Shown here: one piece after another, positions 59,452 through 61,235 of the stretch
How the letters are laid out: each line of letters begins with the position of its first letter
Position numbering within the stretch: the stretch's first letter is position 1
Source: Nitrospinota bacterium
GTDB lineage: Bacteria; Nitrospinota; Nitrospinia; Nitrospinales; JACRGP01
Direction: 5' to 3'
Assembly: GCA_016207065.1 (NCBI GenBank)
Contig: JACQQK010000074.1
Coordinates: 1 to 61,235 of the forward strand
Length of the DNA: 61,235 bases
Notes under the pieces: generated by a model
Databases searched by the model: none
What the model saw: only the letters and a program-made list of their open reading frames with translations
What the model was told of the DNA's origin: nothing
Position numbers and translations under genes: made by a program

Positions 59452-59747
59452 GGGCAGGCCCCACGCATTCCTCCGTCGGCGCTTGAAACCCGGCGCGAAG
59501 CGCCTCCCCCAAAAAAATTTACAGGCATGATTCAGGCCTCCTTGTCTCGCGTTCCATCCCGCCGCGCGCAAAAATGTATTTTCACCTTGCTGTACGGGGC
59601 GTAGCCCGCGAATATCCGGCGCTCCGAAAATATGCTATGATTGGGCGAATTGCAAGAAACCCAAGAGCGGGGATTATCAAAAACCACTCTTTTCCCATCA
59701 GATGAAATCCATAAACAGTCTCAAATCCAATTTTTAGAGGTGTCCAG

Positions 59748-61115
59748 ATGACATATACACCACATGAATTTGAGGATGAGGTTAGGCGAATTGCGCGTCT
59801 ACTTTGGCCAGCAGGAAAATATGGCGGCTCAGAAATGGTTGATGGTCAGGAAAGAGATGGAATTTTTGAAACAGAGGATTTTTTTCATTGTGTTGAGTCA
59901 ACTATCTCAAGGCAAAAAGATAAAGCAGAAAAGGATTTTTGCAAATTAGCTAAGTTAACAAAGAAATTGAATGGAAGGCGTGGAAAATTTGCAAAAGGGT
60001 GGTTTGTAACTTTTGAGGAGCCCACTGCGGAGCAAAGATCCGTTTTTAAAAGTAATAAAGAACCGAGATTAACAATATGCTCGTATGACCAATTCCGATC
60101 AAAATTGGCGGACATAACAAACTATCTTAATTTAAGACAAAGTTATCCTTTTGGAAGTCTCGAAGACCCAGAGACAGGAGAGAAAAATTTTAATTTAAAA
60201 TATATTCCATTAGACATTTTGGATCAGTCGGGAGCTCCTGTTCGGCTTGAGAATTTGAAGGAAAACCTTGGAGATGGAGGTAGGGCGATTTTAACTGGAG
60301 ATTATGGTGCGGGTAAAAGTGCTACAGCAAAAGATATTTTCTTACATCTAGCGAATAAATTCAGGGAAAGAAAATCCCTCCAATTTCCTTTATTATTAAA
60401 CTTGCGGGATCATCATGGACAAAATAATCCTGTTGAAGCAATAGAGCGTCACGCCAGAAACATTGGGTTTGCCGACCAATCTTCCCTTGTTCGAGCTTGG
60501 AGAGCGGGGCATTGCGTGCTTTTGTTGGATGGGTTTGATGAAATAGCATCGGCTGGATGGTCTGGCAAAGTCAAGCGTTTTCGTGACTTAAGATATCAGT
60601 CGATGGAATTGCTCCGGAAAATTATTGGCGAGACCCCGAAGAGCAGTGGCGTCTTAATCACGGGAAGAGCCCATTTTTTCGACTCAGACCTTGAATTAAA
60701 GAATGCGTTAGGAGGGCTAGGGAATTTTAAAATTTACTCATTAGCGGAATTCAGCTTGGAGCAGGTGAAGGAATTTTTGAAGGGTTGGGGATTAAATACC
60801 GCCGTTCCCGAATGGTTGCCAACCCGGCCACTACTTTTGGGTTATTTGGCCACAAAAAATTTGATCGCTATTGAAGGGGAAATGGGAGAAGAGGTCTCCA
60901 GTCCAGTTATTGGCTGGAATATCCTTTTAGAGAAAATATCAGAAAGAGAAGCCAAGATTGAAGCCGGGATCGATCCTGGAACCGTACGAAATTTAATTGA
61001 ATCTTTAGCAACCATGGCCCGTGTATCGGTGGATGGTCTTGGCCCATTGAGTGCGGATGAAATAATTGATTGTTTTAAGGATGTCTGTGGGCATCGGCCT
61101 GATGACCGCGGAATA
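59748..61115 (+). pseudogene. Restriction-endonuclease-like domain plus NACHT NTPase, interrupted by an IS
   Basis: Walker A GDYGAGKS, Walker B LLLDGFDE, ITGR, PLLL and N-terminal FEDEV...ERDG...VEST. Visibly AT-richer than the host. The frame runs into IS sequence and stops at 61163. Confidence 0.8.
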
Positions 61116-61235
61116 GTAGTGCAACAAAATTTCTGTAAAAGCGTTTGCCTCGATGTTGGATAGCCTGAATCGGAAGGAGCCCGTAGGGCGACTGAAGATA
61201 CAGGCTATGCGGCCTTTTCCTTCCCGGTCTTTTGG
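61116..61235 (-). mobile_element. Right end of a probable IS256-family element
   Basis: Terminal GTAGTGCAACAAAATTTCTGTAAAA resembles IS256-type inverted repeats. Minus strand carries an ORF end ...QKTGKEKAA* followed by a hairpin. The window ends inside it. Confidence 0.6.

Noticed and set aside
59594-59640. CGGGGCGTAGC resembles the 5' end of tRNA-Pro next to an AT-rich island
   Set aside because: No D-arm continuation, no TTCGA T-loop and no acceptor-stem partner.

Overview
GC-rich bacterial chromosomal window. Gene content tentatively suggests a Nitrospinota/Nitrospirota-like organism, but that is an inference only. Both ends run into insertion sequences: an IS630-type 3' end truncates a DUF559 gene on the left, and an IS256-type end truncates an AT-rich nuclease-NACHT gene on the right. 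Between them lie two-component signalling genes, an atypical PII, yggS-proC, a promoter- and terminator-bounded ~180-nt candidate ncRNA, and larE. A ~28 kb envelope/glycan-modification region follows, interrupted by rnz-like and frameshifted prfB genes. It encodes MBOAT and SGNH proteins, a B12 radical SAM, GT4/GT2/GT-C-like transferases, a TMK-like kinase, a flippase-like protein, a divergent RtcB homologue, a SPASM radical SAM, a PIG-L/acyltransferase/MaoC/SDR/FkbH/ACP module and methyltransferases. The rest holds a six-gene Hyf-like (Ehr) complex lacking the Ni-binding cysteines, a second signalling triad, glgB, ychJ and moaA. Three classes of palindromic intergenic repeats are scattered through the window. 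The best candidates for new biology are (1) an RtcB-fold enzyme with altered active-site motifs embedded in a glycosylation locus, (2) the deacetylate/re-acylate FkbH module, (3) the orphan sRNA and (4) a modular repeat family with compensatory base changes.
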